Below the pieces are notes generated by a model. That model did not search any database and was not told the DNA's origin. It was given only the letters and a program-made list of their open reading frames with translations. From Cyanobacteria bacterium P01_F01_bin.150 (GTDB lineage Bacteria; Cyanobacteriota; Cyanobacteriia; CAKZMO01), in NCBI GenBank assembly GCA_039189765.1, contig JBCCYL010000002.1, forward strand, positions 96,001 to 160,000: a stretch of 64,000 bases of DNA, given 5' to 3'. Both the position numbers and the translations under genes were made by a program. Shown here in pieces: positions 34,383-44,953 of the stretch (position 1 is its first letter; each line of letters begins with the position of its first letter).

Positions 34383-35219
34383 GTGAATGCTGACTGTAGT
34401 GCAGATGCTGACTATTATTATATTGAGGTTCGAAGATTGAGCTTAAGCAACTACTCTATGAATTTTGTCTATTTAAAGGGATGGACATTTGGTACATTAA
34501 TAGCGATCGCGCCCAGTTGGTTAACCCCCAGCCACTTTATTATGGCTGCACTGTTGTTGGGGTTTGCCATTGCCCACAGTGGACTAGCCGCATTACGCAT
34601 GAGAGCAGAGAAAATCGTTGGAGCACGGATTTACCGAATATTCTTCGCTCTGGTCAGCATTCCCTTCGCCACGATTCTGATTACCTACTTTTTTAATCAC
34701 CGCTATGACGGTATCCAGTTTTGGAGTGTGCAGGGCATTCCCGGTATGGTGCCTTTCATCTGGATACTATCGGCAATCTCTTTTATTTTTCTCTATCCGG
34801 CGACCTTTAACCTTCTAGAAATTGCCGCCGTTCAAAAGCCTCAAGTCCATCTGTATGAAACCGGGATCATTCGCATTACCCGTCACCCCCAAATGGTGGG
34901 TCAAGTCATCTGGTGTATTGCCCATACCCTCTGGTTAGGGACCAGTTTCACCATCGTGACCTCCTTGGGATTGATTCTGCACCATCTATTTGCCGTGTGG
35001 CATGGCGATCGCCGTCTCTCGATTCGATATGGAGATGCTTTTGCTGCGGCAAAAGTCCGCACATCCATCATTCCTTTTCTAGCTGTTATAGATGGAAGGC
35101 AATCTCTCAAGCTAGAGGAGTTCCTACGGCCTGCCTATGTGGGAATTGCCGTTTTTGTTGGGTTGTTCTGGTGGCTTCACCCCAGCCTAATTCGCTGGAC
35201 AAGCATGGCAAGATTTTAG
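34383..35219 (+). CDS. NnrU family / zeta-carotene isomerase-like membrane protein
   Basis: HSGLAALR, GIIRITRHPQMVG, WHGDRRL; start uncertain. Confidence 0.85.
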   Translation: MNADCSADADYYYIEVRRLSLSNYSMNFVYLKGWTFGTLIAIAPSWLTPSHFIMAALLLGFAIAHSGLAALRMRAEKIVGARIYRIFFALVSIPFATILITYFFNHRYDGIQFWSVQGIPGMVPFIWILSAISFIFLYPATFNLLEIAAVQKPQVHLYETGIIRITRHPQMVGQVIWCIAHTLWLGTSFTIVTSLGLILHHLFAVWHGDRRLSIRYGDAFAAAKVRTSIIPFLAVIDGRQSLKLEEFLRPAYVGIAVFVGLFWWLHPSLIRWTSMARF

Positions 35220-35387
35220 AATCGCTGAGCTTATGGGATCAGCATTGGACAATCATTGAACGCCCACCGTGGTGACTTTGGAGATACATTGACACCAAGT
35301 CCATATGCCCTAGTGACGAAGTCCAGACATAAGCACTATCTAATGTGATATTTGTACTTCTACTTGGTTCCTTGATCCCTTAAGATA

Positions 35388-35774
35388 ATGCAAAAGGCTA
35401 ATTATTTAAAAAATCTTGTTATGACAATCGTTGTTAGCGATAAAACATTTACAAATGAAGTTTTAGGCTGCTCTGGCCCCGTAGTGGTACATTTCTGGGC
35501 ACCCTGGTGTGGTCTGTGTCGTATGATCGATCCCCTTATTTCTCGGCTACGACCCCAAATAAAAGGTCAGGTTAAATTTGTCCGCGTGAATGCGGATGAA
35601 AGTCTCAAGTTAGCCAATACATATAGATTGAAAGCATTGCCCACTATTCTTGTGTTCTACCACGGCAATGTGCTGCATCGCTTTGATCAATTTAATACAG
35701 GGGATGACTTACGGAGAGTATTTGGTGATCTAAAGATCGCCCTAGAGCAACATATGTTGAGCTTCTCCGCTTGA
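35388..35774 (+). CDS. Thioredoxin-like protein (WCGLC type)
   Basis: HFWAPWCGLC active-site motif. Confidence 0.85.
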   Translation: MQKANYLKNLVMTIVVSDKTFTNEVLGCSGPVVVHFWAPWCGLCRMIDPLISRLRPQIKGQVKFVRVNADESLKLANTYRLKALPTILVFYHGNVLHRFDQFNTGDDLRRVFGDLKIALEQHMLSFSA

Positions 35775-35828
35775 CGCTTGCTCCTCTGAACTGCACCTGT
35801 ACTGAATCATATTCTGTTTGAACTTGCC

Positions 35829-37352
35829 ATGACCATCGAACCACTCTCTGGGCCATCTGCGAAAGGCCAATCTTCGTCGGATGATGTTAATGCTGAGTCT
35901 ACTTTTAATCCGTCTGATGATAGTGGACCCTTGAGTGCCACCCTTCCCACCATTTCTCTATTTACCATGTTTCGGCTGGGGCTATTCCAGATGGGCTTGG
36001 GCATAATGTCCGTTCTTACCCTGGGGATCCTTAATCGTATCTTGATTGATGAGTTGAAAGTTCCGGCTTTACTGGCTGCGGGGGCGATCGCCATGCATCA
36101 ATTTGTGGCTCCTGCCCGTCTCTGGTTTGGTCAACTCTCCGATGCTAAACCTATTTTTGGTATGCACCGTACGGGATATGTCTGGATTGGCAGTATTTTA
36201 TTTACTGCGACCGCTTTTTTTGCCGTTCAAGTCGTGTGGCGTCTTAACGCTAGTATGCAGGACGTTGGATGGTCCTCTGCCAGCTACATTTGGATTGGAA
36301 TACTCGGTCTTGTTTTTGCATTTTATGGTTTGGCTTTGAGTGCTAGCTCTACCCCGTTTGCCGCTATGTTGGTGGATATTACCGAGGAAGACATGCGCTC
36401 TAAGTTAGTGAGCACGGTGTGGTCCATGTTGATGGTGGGCATCGTAATTGGGGCTATTTCTGGCAGCATTTTGCTGAAGCCCCTTGATCTAGATGCTCCC
36501 ATCGATCAGGTCCAAGCTGCGGTTAATCGATTATTTTTATTTGTTCCCGCAGTGGTTGTTGGCATGACGTTTCTTGGGACGGTTGGCGTCGAGCGCAAGT
36601 ATTCTCGCTACGGGGCACGAACAGTGACAACTGAGCGTGAAGATCAGATCACTCTGCGTCGAGCTGTTCGAGTTTTGACCGCCAGTCGTCAAACCGGGAT
36701 TTTCTTTACCTTCCTGATTGTGATGACCATCAGTCTCTTTATGCAGGAGGCGGTGTTGGAACCCTATGGGGGTCAGGTCTTTGGCATGCAGATTTCAGAT
36801 ACCACCAAGCTCAACTCATATTGGGGTATTGGGACCTTAATCGGGATTGCTTCCACCGGATTCTTAATCGTTCCCCGGATTGGAAAAAAACGGACGGCTC
36901 GGTTGGGATGTCTGCTGGTTGCTGGCTGCTTCGTACTGGTTATTGGCTCTGGCTTTACCCAGAACCCCAAGTTTCTCCAATTTGCCATTTTCCTCTTTGG
37001 CGTTGGAGCAGGGGTCACCACCAATGGGGCCATTAGCCTGATGCTGGATCTGACTGCTGCGGAAACCGCAGGTACATTTATTGGTGCATGGGGACTGGCC
37101 CAGGCGATCGCCCGTGCCTTGGCAACGGTTTCTGGAGGATTAATCCTAGACATTGGTCGGGGCATCCTTGAGGCGTTCAAAGGGGGTCCCGTTGTGGATG
37201 CTGAGCTGTTTCCTGCCTATGCGTTGGTGTTTGCAGCCCAGGCGATTGGCATGATTATTGCGGTGGGTTTACTAAGCCGAGTCAATGTTAAGGAGTTTCA
37301 GGTCAATTCCAAACAGGCGATCGCTGCTGTCCTAGCCAATGATCTGGATTAG
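35829..37352 (+). CDS. BCD/PucC family MFS transporter
   Basis: FRLGLFQMGLG, LNRILIDEL, AGTFIGAWGLAQA. Confidence 0.88.
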   Translation: MTIEPLSGPSAKGQSSSDDVNAESTFNPSDDSGPLSATLPTISLFTMFRLGLFQMGLGIMSVLTLGILNRILIDELKVPALLAAGAIAMHQFVAPARLWFGQLSDAKPIFGMHRTGYVWIGSILFTATAFFAVQVVWRLNASMQDVGWSSASYIWIGILGLVFAFYGLALSASSTPFAAMLVDITEEDMRSKLVSTVWSMLMVGIVIGAISGSILLKPLDLDAPIDQVQAAVNRLFLFVPAVVVGMTFLGTVGVERKYSRYGARTVTTEREDQITLRRAVRVLTASRQTGIFFTFLIVMTISLFMQEAVLEPYGGQVFGMQISDTTKLNSYWGIGTLIGIASTGFLIVPRIGKKRTARLGCLLVAGCFVLVIGSGFTQNPKFLQFAIFLFGVGAGVTTNGAISLMLDLTAAETAGTFIGAWGLAQAIARALATVSGGLILDIGRGILEAFKGGPVVDAELFPAYALVFAAQAIGMIIAVGLLSRVNVKEFQVNSKQAIAAVLANDLD

Positions 37353-37418
37353 TGCTAGGCTCATACATATGAACTAAATTTCCTGTTTTTCTCATATGTG
37401 TTTTGGGTAGGTAAAACT

Positions 37419-38294
37419 ATGGTAACCGTCCCCCTTCAGCAATCTTCAGCGGCATCTCCCGATCTTTCACAGGCGGATCTTTCACAGGCGGATCTTTCCG
37501 AGGCGGATCGCTCACAGATAGATTCGTCTGTCGCCAATGAAACCATATCTCAGCATGTGTCTTGGCCAATGAGGAATACGGATGGCGTCAGGATTGAATG
37601 GAAGAAGCTGCCCGCCGACTTTGAATTACCGGATGATCCTGTGGACAATCTTGCTCAGCCTGCTCTGGCTGCGGCCCTAACTGATAGCCTAAATCAGGCG
37701 GGGCTAGTATCTGATACTGGTTTTACGATGACTAACTATGGGCTGTGTGCCGATCTGAACGGCCATACTGTGGTTAAGGCTCCTGATTGGGCCTATGTGG
37801 ATCGGATTACTGTCCCCCGTGAAGATATTGTGCGAAGCTATACCCCTTACCTGGAGGGGGACACTCCATGCATCGTTATTGAGTTTCTATCCGAAACTCC
37901 AGGAGGAGAATATTCCGTTAAGCCGACCCATCCCCCTGGAAAATGGTATTTCTATGAAGCGGTTCTGAAGGTGCCCTATTATGTTCTTTTTGAGCCGACC
38001 TCTGGAGATTTAGAGGTTTATAGTTTTCAGGAAGGGATCGTCCATAAAAATGTGATCATGGAAAATAACGGTCGCTACTGGATTGAATCCATGCAGCTTT
38101 TTTTAGGGGTATGGCAGGGCGATCGCCAAGATCGTAGCGGATATTGGCTGCGCTGGTGGGATAAGGATGATAATCTCTTGCTCTGGGGGTTTGAAAAAGC
38201 CGAACAGGAAGCCCAACGAGCCGAACAGGCAGAAAATGATGTTGAGAAGCTGCGAGAACAATTACGAGCGGCTGGCATTGAACCTGATGTTTAA
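37419..38294 (+). CDS. Uma2 family endonuclease-fold protein
   Basis: KAPDWAYV, VIEFLSET, WLRWWD, C-terminal AEQEAQRAEQ coil. Confidence 0.88.
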   Translation: MVTVPLQQSSAASPDLSQADLSQADLSEADRSQIDSSVANETISQHVSWPMRNTDGVRIEWKKLPADFELPDDPVDNLAQPALAAALTDSLNQAGLVSDTGFTMTNYGLCADLNGHTVVKAPDWAYVDRITVPREDIVRSYTPYLEGDTPCIVIEFLSETPGGEYSVKPTHPPGKWYFYEAVLKVPYYVLFEPTSGDLEVYSFQEGIVHKNVIMENNGRYWIESMQLFLGVWQGDRQDRSGYWLRWWDKDDNLLLWGFEKAEQEAQRAEQAENDVEKLREQLRAAGIEPDV

Positions 38295-38296
38295 AG

Positions 38297-39112
38297 TCAG
38301 AGACGACGGTAAACGGTATAGGCGATCGCAATCAAACTAAATGAAAACAGCGTCGTTAATGTCCCAACGGCATACAACGCAGGCGACGTCACGTTCGTTG
38401 TCATGCCAAAAATTTCCAGCGGTAGGGTGTTGTATTGACCAGAAACTAGAGATGTACGGGTGAATTCATCGTAGGATAGGGTAAAAGTAAGCAGCCCCAC
38501 TCCCACCAGACTCGGTGCAATTAGCGGTAATACAATTTCGCTAAAGGTTCTCGTGTCTCCCGCCCCTAAATCATTAGCCGCTTCTTCATAGGTGGGATTA
38601 AAGCGATTAAAAATTCCTAACATAATTAAAAAGGCAATGGGCAGGGTCCAGGTCAGGTGAGCACCCAAACCGGAGGTTAGCCAATTGGTGGACCAGCCCA
38701 TGACTTGAAACATAACGCCTAATCCTAGGGAAATCAGAATACTGGGCACGATTAAACTGGCAATGGTGAGATAAAACAAAACGGTGGACCCTCGAAATTT
38801 AGCTCGAAAGGCCATTGCTGATAGGACTGCCATCGTCGCCGTTAGAACCGTAACGATGCCGCCGAGGATCAGCGATCGCTGAAATGGTTCGACAAAATTC
38901 CCCACTCGCTGCTCCTGAAACACTTGACCCAACCAGTAAAATCCAAAGCTACGCACTGGAAACGTCAGCGTACCGTCTGGTCCCTGAAGCGACAGGATAA
39001 AGATGGTAATCATGGGTCCGTAGAGAAATAAAACAAACAGACCAAAAAAAACAGCGAGGATATAGAAGGAGGGCGATCGCCGAAGGAATGGCAAGACTAA
39101 ACGCTTTTTCAT
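38297..39112 (-). CDS. ABC transporter permease (PotC-like)
   Basis: YEEAANDLGA EAA loop; FTLSYDEF. Confidence 0.9.
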   Translation of the reverse strand: MKKRLVLPFLRRSPSFYILAVFFGLFVLFLYGPMITIFILSLQGPDGTLTFPVRSFGFYWLGQVFQEQRVGNFVEPFQRSLILGGIVTVLTATMAVLSAMAFRAKFRGSTVLFYLTIASLIVPSILISLGLGVMFQVMGWSTNWLTSGLGAHLTWTLPIAFLIMLGIFNRFNPTYEEAANDLGAGDTRTFSEIVLPLIAPSLVGVGLLTFTLSYDEFTRTSLVSGQYNTLPLEIFGMTTNVTSPALYAVGTLTTLFSFSLIAIAYTVYRRL

Positions 39113-39122
39113 TGAATTTAAC

Positions 39123-40094
39123 CTACAGCTCTTTACGAATATTGACGACCCGAAGGATAGAGAAAACAACGGTCAGGGTAACCATCAACAGCACAATGGC
39201 ATTCGCAGCGGCAAGGGGATACTGTAGGCTACCAATTTGGGTTTGAATCAGCTTGCCGACGGACGCTACCTGACCGCCTCCCATTAAGCGCACTGTAATA
39301 AATTCCCCCATTACCAGGGTGACAATAAAGATAGAGCCAATGGCAATGCCCGGAGCCGACAGGGGCAAAATCACCTCTCTAAATACGCCAAAGCCCGACG
39401 CTCCCATATCCTCTGCGGCAGTAATAAGAGTGCGATCGATCCGCATTAGACTATTAAAGATAGGCGCAATCATAAAAATCACATAGAGATGGACCATGCC
39501 CAGCACCACCGCAAAGTCTGAATAGAGCAAGAATTCTAGAGGCTGGTCAATAATGCCACTGCCTAGAAGAATCTGATTGACCAGTCCTTGCTTGCCCAGC
39601 AGCGGCAACCAAGAAATCATCCGAATAATATTGGAGGTCCAAAATGGGATGGTGCAGACTAAAAACAGCAACACCTGCCACCGCAGTTTAGGTACGTGAA
39701 ACGATAGAAAATAGGCCACTGGATAGCCAATCAGCAGCGTGAACGTCCACACCAGCCCTACAAACTTGAATGTGTTTAAATACGTCTTAAGGGTGACATC
39801 AGAGGTAAAAACGCTAATGTAGTTATCTAACGTAAATGCTGGTGTCATGGTGTAGCCGTTAAATTCCCAAAAGCTCACCACCCCAATTAGAAGAATGGGA
39901 AAAATCAGGAACAGGGAAAGGGCGATCGCCTGAGGACTCGCCAGCACGTAAGGTTTTAGAAGATTCCAGGACTTGGCCACAACTAAATCATGAAATAGAA
40001 AGGACTTTTCTTGAGGTGCCCCTCTGCGTATGCGTTTAGCGTCATCTCGACAAACGCACTCCCTAACCCTCTTGAGAGAGGGAGAATTGGACAT
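39123..40094 (-). CDS. ABC transporter permease (PotB-like)
   Basis: IPFWTSNIIR, LITAAEDMGA; true start probably near 39990. Confidence 0.88.
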   Translation of the reverse strand: MSNSPSLKRVRECVCRDDAKRIRRGAPQEKSFLFHDLVVAKSWNLLKPYVLASPQAIALSLFLIFPILLIGVVSFWEFNGYTMTPAFTLDNYISVFTSDVTLKTYLNTFKFVGLVWTFTLLIGYPVAYFLSFHVPKLRWQVLLFLVCTIPFWTSNIIRMISWLPLLGKQGLVNQILLGSGIIDQPLEFLLYSDFAVVLGMVHLYVIFMIAPIFNSLMRIDRTLITAAEDMGASGFGVFREVILPLSAPGIAIGSIFIVTLVMGEFITVRLMGGGQVASVGKLIQTQIGSLQYPLAAANAIVLLMVTLTVVFSILRVVNIRKEL

Positions 40095-40256
40095 CTGCGG
40101 GAAAGGACTGCCAAATATTCACAGCAAATAGCAATCAAATGTTCTCGCTAGTGACACGTTCCCCTCCTGGGAGGGGCTAGGGGTGGGCCTAGCCGACACG
40201 CTGCGCGGAGGGGGCACCTCATCCTAGCCGTTAGCAGTATGGGATGGCCTTATGGG

Positions 40257-41564
40257 CTATGACGCAATAAATTCGTTCCACTTTTGAACTAGATATGTAT
40301 TCTCTTCCATTGTGGAATTCCAGCAAACAATATTGCCAAAACGCTCCTTAAAAGATCCACCGTCGCGGACAGCACCAGCCTTGGCTAAGGTTTTCTCAAA
40401 GGGATCCACCATATCTTCAGATGCAGCCTTACCTTCGTACCAAAAATCCCACTCGGCATCGCTCATATATTTCTTGGCCGTATCGGGAGCTGCGCTGTAG
40501 TAGCCCTGACGCCCGAGGAACGCACCAACCCAGCCTTCTAGCATCCAGTTGAGATACTCATAGGCCGCATCTAGCTCAATACCGCTCAGATTTTTAGAGA
40601 GACCGACACCACCGCCCCAGCCTCGGTAGCCTTCCTTCAGGGGGGCATAAATACAATCAATACCCTTTGACTGAACCGCCGTCACCGCAGGAGACCACAT
40701 AGATTGCAGCACCACCTCGCCAGAGGACATCAGGTTTACCGACTCGTCAAACGTCTTCCAGAAGGCTCGAAACTGGCCTTTTGCCTTTTGTTCTTTCAAA
40801 ATATCGGTAATTTGGTCAATCTCAGCACGGGTCATATTCCCCTTATCGCCAAAGGTCATTAGGCCCAGCGCCTCAGCTACCATTGCCGCATCCATAATGC
40901 CAATTTGGGGAATATCAAGGATGGACGTTTTGCCACTGAATTCTTCATTAAACAATTCACCCCAGCTTTCGATAGTGCGACCGACCAGGTCAGGACGGTA
41001 GCCCAAGGTATCGGCATTGTACTGGAACGGAATTAACGTGGCGTAATCGGTGGGGGTTGTGGAGAACTCGGTGGAATCTGCCCCCTGCAAATACATCACC
41101 TTGTAGGGAGCCGTTCCCTGGGATTTTTCCACCGGCATTCCTTCAAACTTACCCGTGGTGAAAAAGGGCACAATCTTATCCCAAGCAGTAATCTTCGCAA
41201 CTTCAATCGGCTGGAGATTTCCAGAGGGAATAACAAGGGGCAGACTAAAGTACTCACCATCAAAAATGTCGTATTGGTCAGGCTGGGTGATGGCAATTTG
41301 ATTATTTTCTTCCGTACTCAAAGCCCGCATTTCCAGCTTGAAACCTAAGTCTTCTTGGGCTTTATCGCGAATTTCGTTAATTTGAGAAACTCCAGTGCCA
41401 ATTAGCCGCAGCGTCACGTCTTTAATTTGATTGGTATTGACCTGGGGACCGGGCGCAGGATTATTAGGGGTTCCACTGGGAGACGTAGTACAGCGAGCGG
41501 CAACCAAGCCAGCTCCAGCAGCTAAGCTCGTTTTTATGAGACGACGACGGGATAATCCAGCCAT
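40257..41564 (-). CDS. ABC transporter substrate-binding lipoprotein (PotD/PotF-like), Tat-type signal
   Basis: LSRRRLIK twin-arginine, AARC lipobox-like, SMWSPAV, KEGYRGW. Confidence 0.85.
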   Translation of the reverse strand: MAGLSRRRLIKTSLAAGAGLVAARCTTSPSGTPNNPAPGPQVNTNQIKDVTLRLIGTGVSQINEIRDKAQEDLGFKLEMRALSTEENNQIAITQPDQYDIFDGEYFSLPLVIPSGNLQPIEVAKITAWDKIVPFFTTGKFEGMPVEKSQGTAPYKVMYLQGADSTEFSTTPTDYATLIPFQYNADTLGYRPDLVGRTIESWGELFNEEFSGKTSILDIPQIGIMDAAMVAEALGLMTFGDKGNMTRAEIDQITDILKEQKAKGQFRAFWKTFDESVNLMSSGEVVLQSMWSPAVTAVQSKGIDCIYAPLKEGYRGWGGGVGLSKNLSGIELDAAYEYLNWMLEGWVGAFLGRQGYYSAAPDTAKKYMSDAEWDFWYEGKAASEDMVDPFEKTLAKAGAVRDGGSFKERFGNIVCWNSTMEENTYLVQKWNEFIAS

Positions 41565-41671
41565 AATTTATACTCCTCATTTATTGATTCAGGGGCTTGA
41601 AACGTTAGTGATGGATGCGTTTGGCCAAGTACCTGTGGCTTAATAATCTATACGGATTAGTACCCTATGGA

Positions 41672-42937
41672 CTAATAGGGCAAAAACACACAGTCACGGG
41701 CTAACCATTGCAGGATGACAGATTGGCCCTCCTGGACATTGGCAGCGAACCAGTCTTGGGTGCGAACTTTGTAGAGTAGCTCCTGCCCATTAGCTTCGGA
41801 CAAGAGGCTGACTCGGGTAACGTACCCGGTCAATTCCACGTCGACAATACGAGCGGAAAGCTGATTGAGATGATCGTTTGAAACGCTTGAAGAATTGCCA
41901 GGGGAACGATCTGCTGGCACAATCATCGTCAATAAATCGGGACGTACAGAACAAGCGGCCATAACTCCGGGCTGCATCCCATACCCCTGGCACAGGATTG
42001 GGCCAATCCCCTCAACCTCCAGCTCAATTAAATCTTTAGGTGGGGATGTGTAAGAACCAGAGTTGGCAGGCTCCGTTTTAATGTAGCCTTCTGTACAGCC
42101 AATAACCTTGCCTTTAAGAATATTATTTTCTCCCATAAACCCTGCGACAAACTGGGAGGCAGGAGTACTAAACAGTTCTGCTGGACTGGCAACCTGTTCA
42201 ATGTGGCCGTGGTTCATCACCACAATCTGATCGGATAGGGCAAAGGCTTCTTCTACATGGTGGGTGACTTGGATAAAGGTAAGGCCAAACTGCTTTTGGA
42301 TTTTGCGCAATTCCCCCCGCATGCGCACTCGTAAATTCTCATCCAGAGCACTAAGGGGTTCATCCAACATTAGCACCTGGGGCCGGGTTACCAAGGCCCG
42401 TGCCAAAGCAATACGCTGCTGTTGTCCGCCACTAAGCATGTGAGGCTTACGGTCGGCGGTATGGCTTAATCCCACTAGGTCTAGAATATCGCCCACCCGC
42501 TGGTGTCGCTCAGCCTTGGATACTCGCTGCATCTTGAGTCCAAAGTCCACATTTTGCCAGATCGTTTTGTGGGGAAATAGGGCATAGTTTTGAAACATCA
42601 TGGCGGTGTTGCGTTTAGCTGGAGGGAGGTCGTTAACGGGGCGATCGCCAATCAAAACGTCTCCTTCTGTCACCGACTCATGGCCAGAAATAATTCTTAA
42701 AGCCGTAGTTTTACCACACCCGCTAGGACCCAACAGACAGCAGTATTGTCCTGCTGGAATATCGAGGGTCATATTCTCCAAGGCAACGACAGAACCATAG
42801 TTTTTTGTGACAGAGCGCAGGGAGACTCCGGCTGCCACAGCAGATGATCGCTTACCCGTGACCATGTCATCAGGATGGCCCATAGAATCAAGCTGCGTAG
42901 ACATTGATGATGAAGGCTGGTCTGTGCTAACCGCCAT
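41672..42937 (-). CDS. ABC transporter ATP-binding protein (PotA-like)
   Basis: GPSGCGKT, LSGGQQQR, LDEPLS. Confidence 0.93.
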   Translation of the reverse strand: MAVSTDQPSSSMSTQLDSMGHPDDMVTGKRSSAVAAGVSLRSVTKNYGSVVALENMTLDIPAGQYCCLLGPSGCGKTTALRIISGHESVTEGDVLIGDRPVNDLPPAKRNTAMMFQNYALFPHKTIWQNVDFGLKMQRVSKAERHQRVGDILDLVGLSHTADRKPHMLSGGQQQRIALARALVTRPQVLMLDEPLSALDENLRVRMRGELRKIQKQFGLTFIQVTHHVEEAFALSDQIVVMNHGHIEQVASPAELFSTPASQFVAGFMGENNILKGKVIGCTEGYIKTEPANSGSYTSPPKDLIELEVEGIGPILCQGYGMQPGVMAACSVRPDLLTMIVPADRSPGNSSSVSNDHLNQLSARIVDVELTGYVTRVSLLSEANGQELLYKVRTQDWFAANVQEGQSVILQWLARDCVFLPY

Positions 42938-43240
42938 AATTTCCTACCATGACAACCACGACACCGAAACTAAATTGATTTCCTTATCTCTGGACTGCCT
43001 TTTTTGCCCAATTTAATTCACAGCAAATATAACCTAGAATGTCGCCTAGATAACAGATGGACACTACCAGGCTTTGAGAATTTTGTTGGGAAAGATCAGT
43101 AAAACTTTAGATCTCCTTAACAAGCTGCTCTTGACCCATTTCATCCACAAAGTTGAGAAACCAATTGGCTTTCTGAGATATAGATTAACCATAGTGTCGA
43201 AAGAGGCATGGAAGAGTACGATCCGATACATTTTTGAGAT

Positions 43241-44674
43241 TCAAGAACAGCGATAGTGCTTATCCAACTCCAACAGTGTATGTAGCAACACATTAGCGCC
43301 GTCAATACAGTGTTCGGGAGACGTGTATTCTTTTTCAGAATGGCTAATGCCATCCTTACTAGGAACAAAAATCATGCCCATTTCAGTAATATTGGCCATG
43401 TTTTGAGCATCGTGGCTGGCGCGACTGGGCAAGCTACAGGTTTCTAGGCTGAGGCGATCGCACACTTTTGAAATCGCGTTAAAGATATGGGAACTTACGG
43501 CTACCGGTTCATTGCGTAGCTGGGGTTTAATTTGAATATCAGTACCGGAGGTAGAGGCGATCGCCGCCATCTCTTGCTTTAATTCCTCTAATATTTTGTC
43601 TAAACAATCGTTGGATAAATCACGGATATCCAAGGTCATCTCCACCCGGCCAGGAATCGTATTGGCCACATTCGGAAACAGCTTCATTGCCCCCACCGTT
43701 GCCACCTGTTCCCCCGTTAGATGCTCGTCCTGCATTTGCCCAAGCTGATTGACCGCCAACACGACCTGGGATGCCGCCACTAGTGCATCTTGACGCATAG
43801 ACATGGGTGTCGTTCCAGCATGACTCGCTTGTCCGTCCACGGTAATAATAAAGCGTCGCTGGCCCACAATGCCGGTTACCAGTCCCATGGGATTCTTTGC
43901 CGCTTCCAGCACCGGCCCCTGCTCCACATGTAGTTCGATAAACGCAGTAAGACTGCCCCTTTCTCGCTGAGCCGACCCAAGCTGGTCCCAGTCTCCGCCA
44001 ATCTGGGCCAGGCTGGGCCGAATTGGCTCGTAGTTGGGATGGTCATAAAATGCTGGGTCGAGATTGGCGATTCCTGCCATCGCCTTACTACCGATCATTG
44101 TTCGCTCTTCATCGGCAAAGATAATCACCTCCAAAGGGTGATCTAAACGCACATTGTTTTCATGGAGTGTGCGGACCACTTCTAGGCCAACCAACACTCC
44201 ATAGGTGCCATCGTAAATGCCTGCGTTGGGCACCGTATCCAGATGGGAACCCGTAGCAAGGGCCGGGGCTTGATCAAATTTGCCTGGGTAGTGGCCAATC
44301 ATATTACCCGATGCATCAATTCGCACCGTCATCCCTGTTGCTTCCATCCAGTGCTGAAGTCGTGTTCGCGCCTGTACGTCTTCTGGGCTAAAGGCCAAAC
44401 GTCGGACACCAGTATTAATTGACTTGCCAGTATTAGGTAAAGCGCCAATGGCACCGATATCAAAGAGGGTATTTATAAGGCGATCGCCATTCACTCGCAG
44501 TGACGATGCAGACGTTGAATCCTGCGCATCCATCAGCCCGTTGAGAGGACTTTCGGGCTGAATCGGCAGCTCTTCTGGTGCTAATGTCAGTGTCAACTCT
44601 GGCACCAAGGTTGACACTGGCATCGAGCTTGAAGTGAGAGAAGCTTGTACTGCTATATTATCCTGCTGCATCAA
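43241..44674 (-). CDS. M20 Zn amidohydrolase (allantoate amidohydrolase / N-carbamoylase family)
   Basis: GSHLDTV, ADEE, ELHVEQGP, HAGTTP, HDA, GISH. Confidence 0.9.
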   Translation of the reverse strand: MMQQDNIAVQASLTSSSMPVSTLVPELTLTLAPEELPIQPESPLNGLMDAQDSTSASSLRVNGDRLINTLFDIGAIGALPNTGKSINTGVRRLAFSPEDVQARTRLQHWMEATGMTVRIDASGNMIGHYPGKFDQAPALATGSHLDTVPNAGIYDGTYGVLVGLEVVRTLHENNVRLDHPLEVIIFADEERTMIGSKAMAGIANLDPAFYDHPNYEPIRPSLAQIGGDWDQLGSAQRERGSLTAFIELHVEQGPVLEAAKNPMGLVTGIVGQRRFIITVDGQASHAGTTPMSMRQDALVAASQVVLAVNQLGQMQDEHLTGEQVATVGAMKLFPNVANTIPGRVEMTLDIRDLSNDCLDKILEELKQEMAAIASTSGTDIQIKPQLRNEPVAVSSHIFNAISKVCDRLSLETCSLPSRASHDAQNMANITEMGMIFVPSKDGISHSEKEYTSPEHCIDGANVLLHTLLELDKHYRCS

Positions 44675-44822
44675 TGACTCCTAAAGGCGTTTCCTAAATA
44701 AGCAAATTGAATGGTTCAGACAGTTGCACACCCTTCATTTGCCAATCCGCATTAGCCCATTCGACAAAGCAGAGTGAACACTGCCACTAAGATTGTGAAC
44801 ACGATAGTTTTATTTTTAACTG

Positions 44823-44866
44823 AGTATATTTGTGTAGATGCCTCTACTTCTGTAACGCAGCGTACA
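44823..44866 (-). promoter_or_regulatory. Putative NtcA-activated promoter with tandem NtcA boxes
   Basis: GTA-N8-TAC at 44834-44847 and TGTA-N8-TACA at 44851-44866; minus-strand TATACT (44828-44823) lies 23 nt downstream of the latter GTA-N8-TAC core. Confidence 0.7.
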
Positions 44867-44953
44867 GCGAACAATTGACATTTCATCACTGCCCTGTGCA
44901 AAAATCTGTGTACTGCCGAATATCAGGTTCATGAAAAAAAGGAGCAAAGAATT

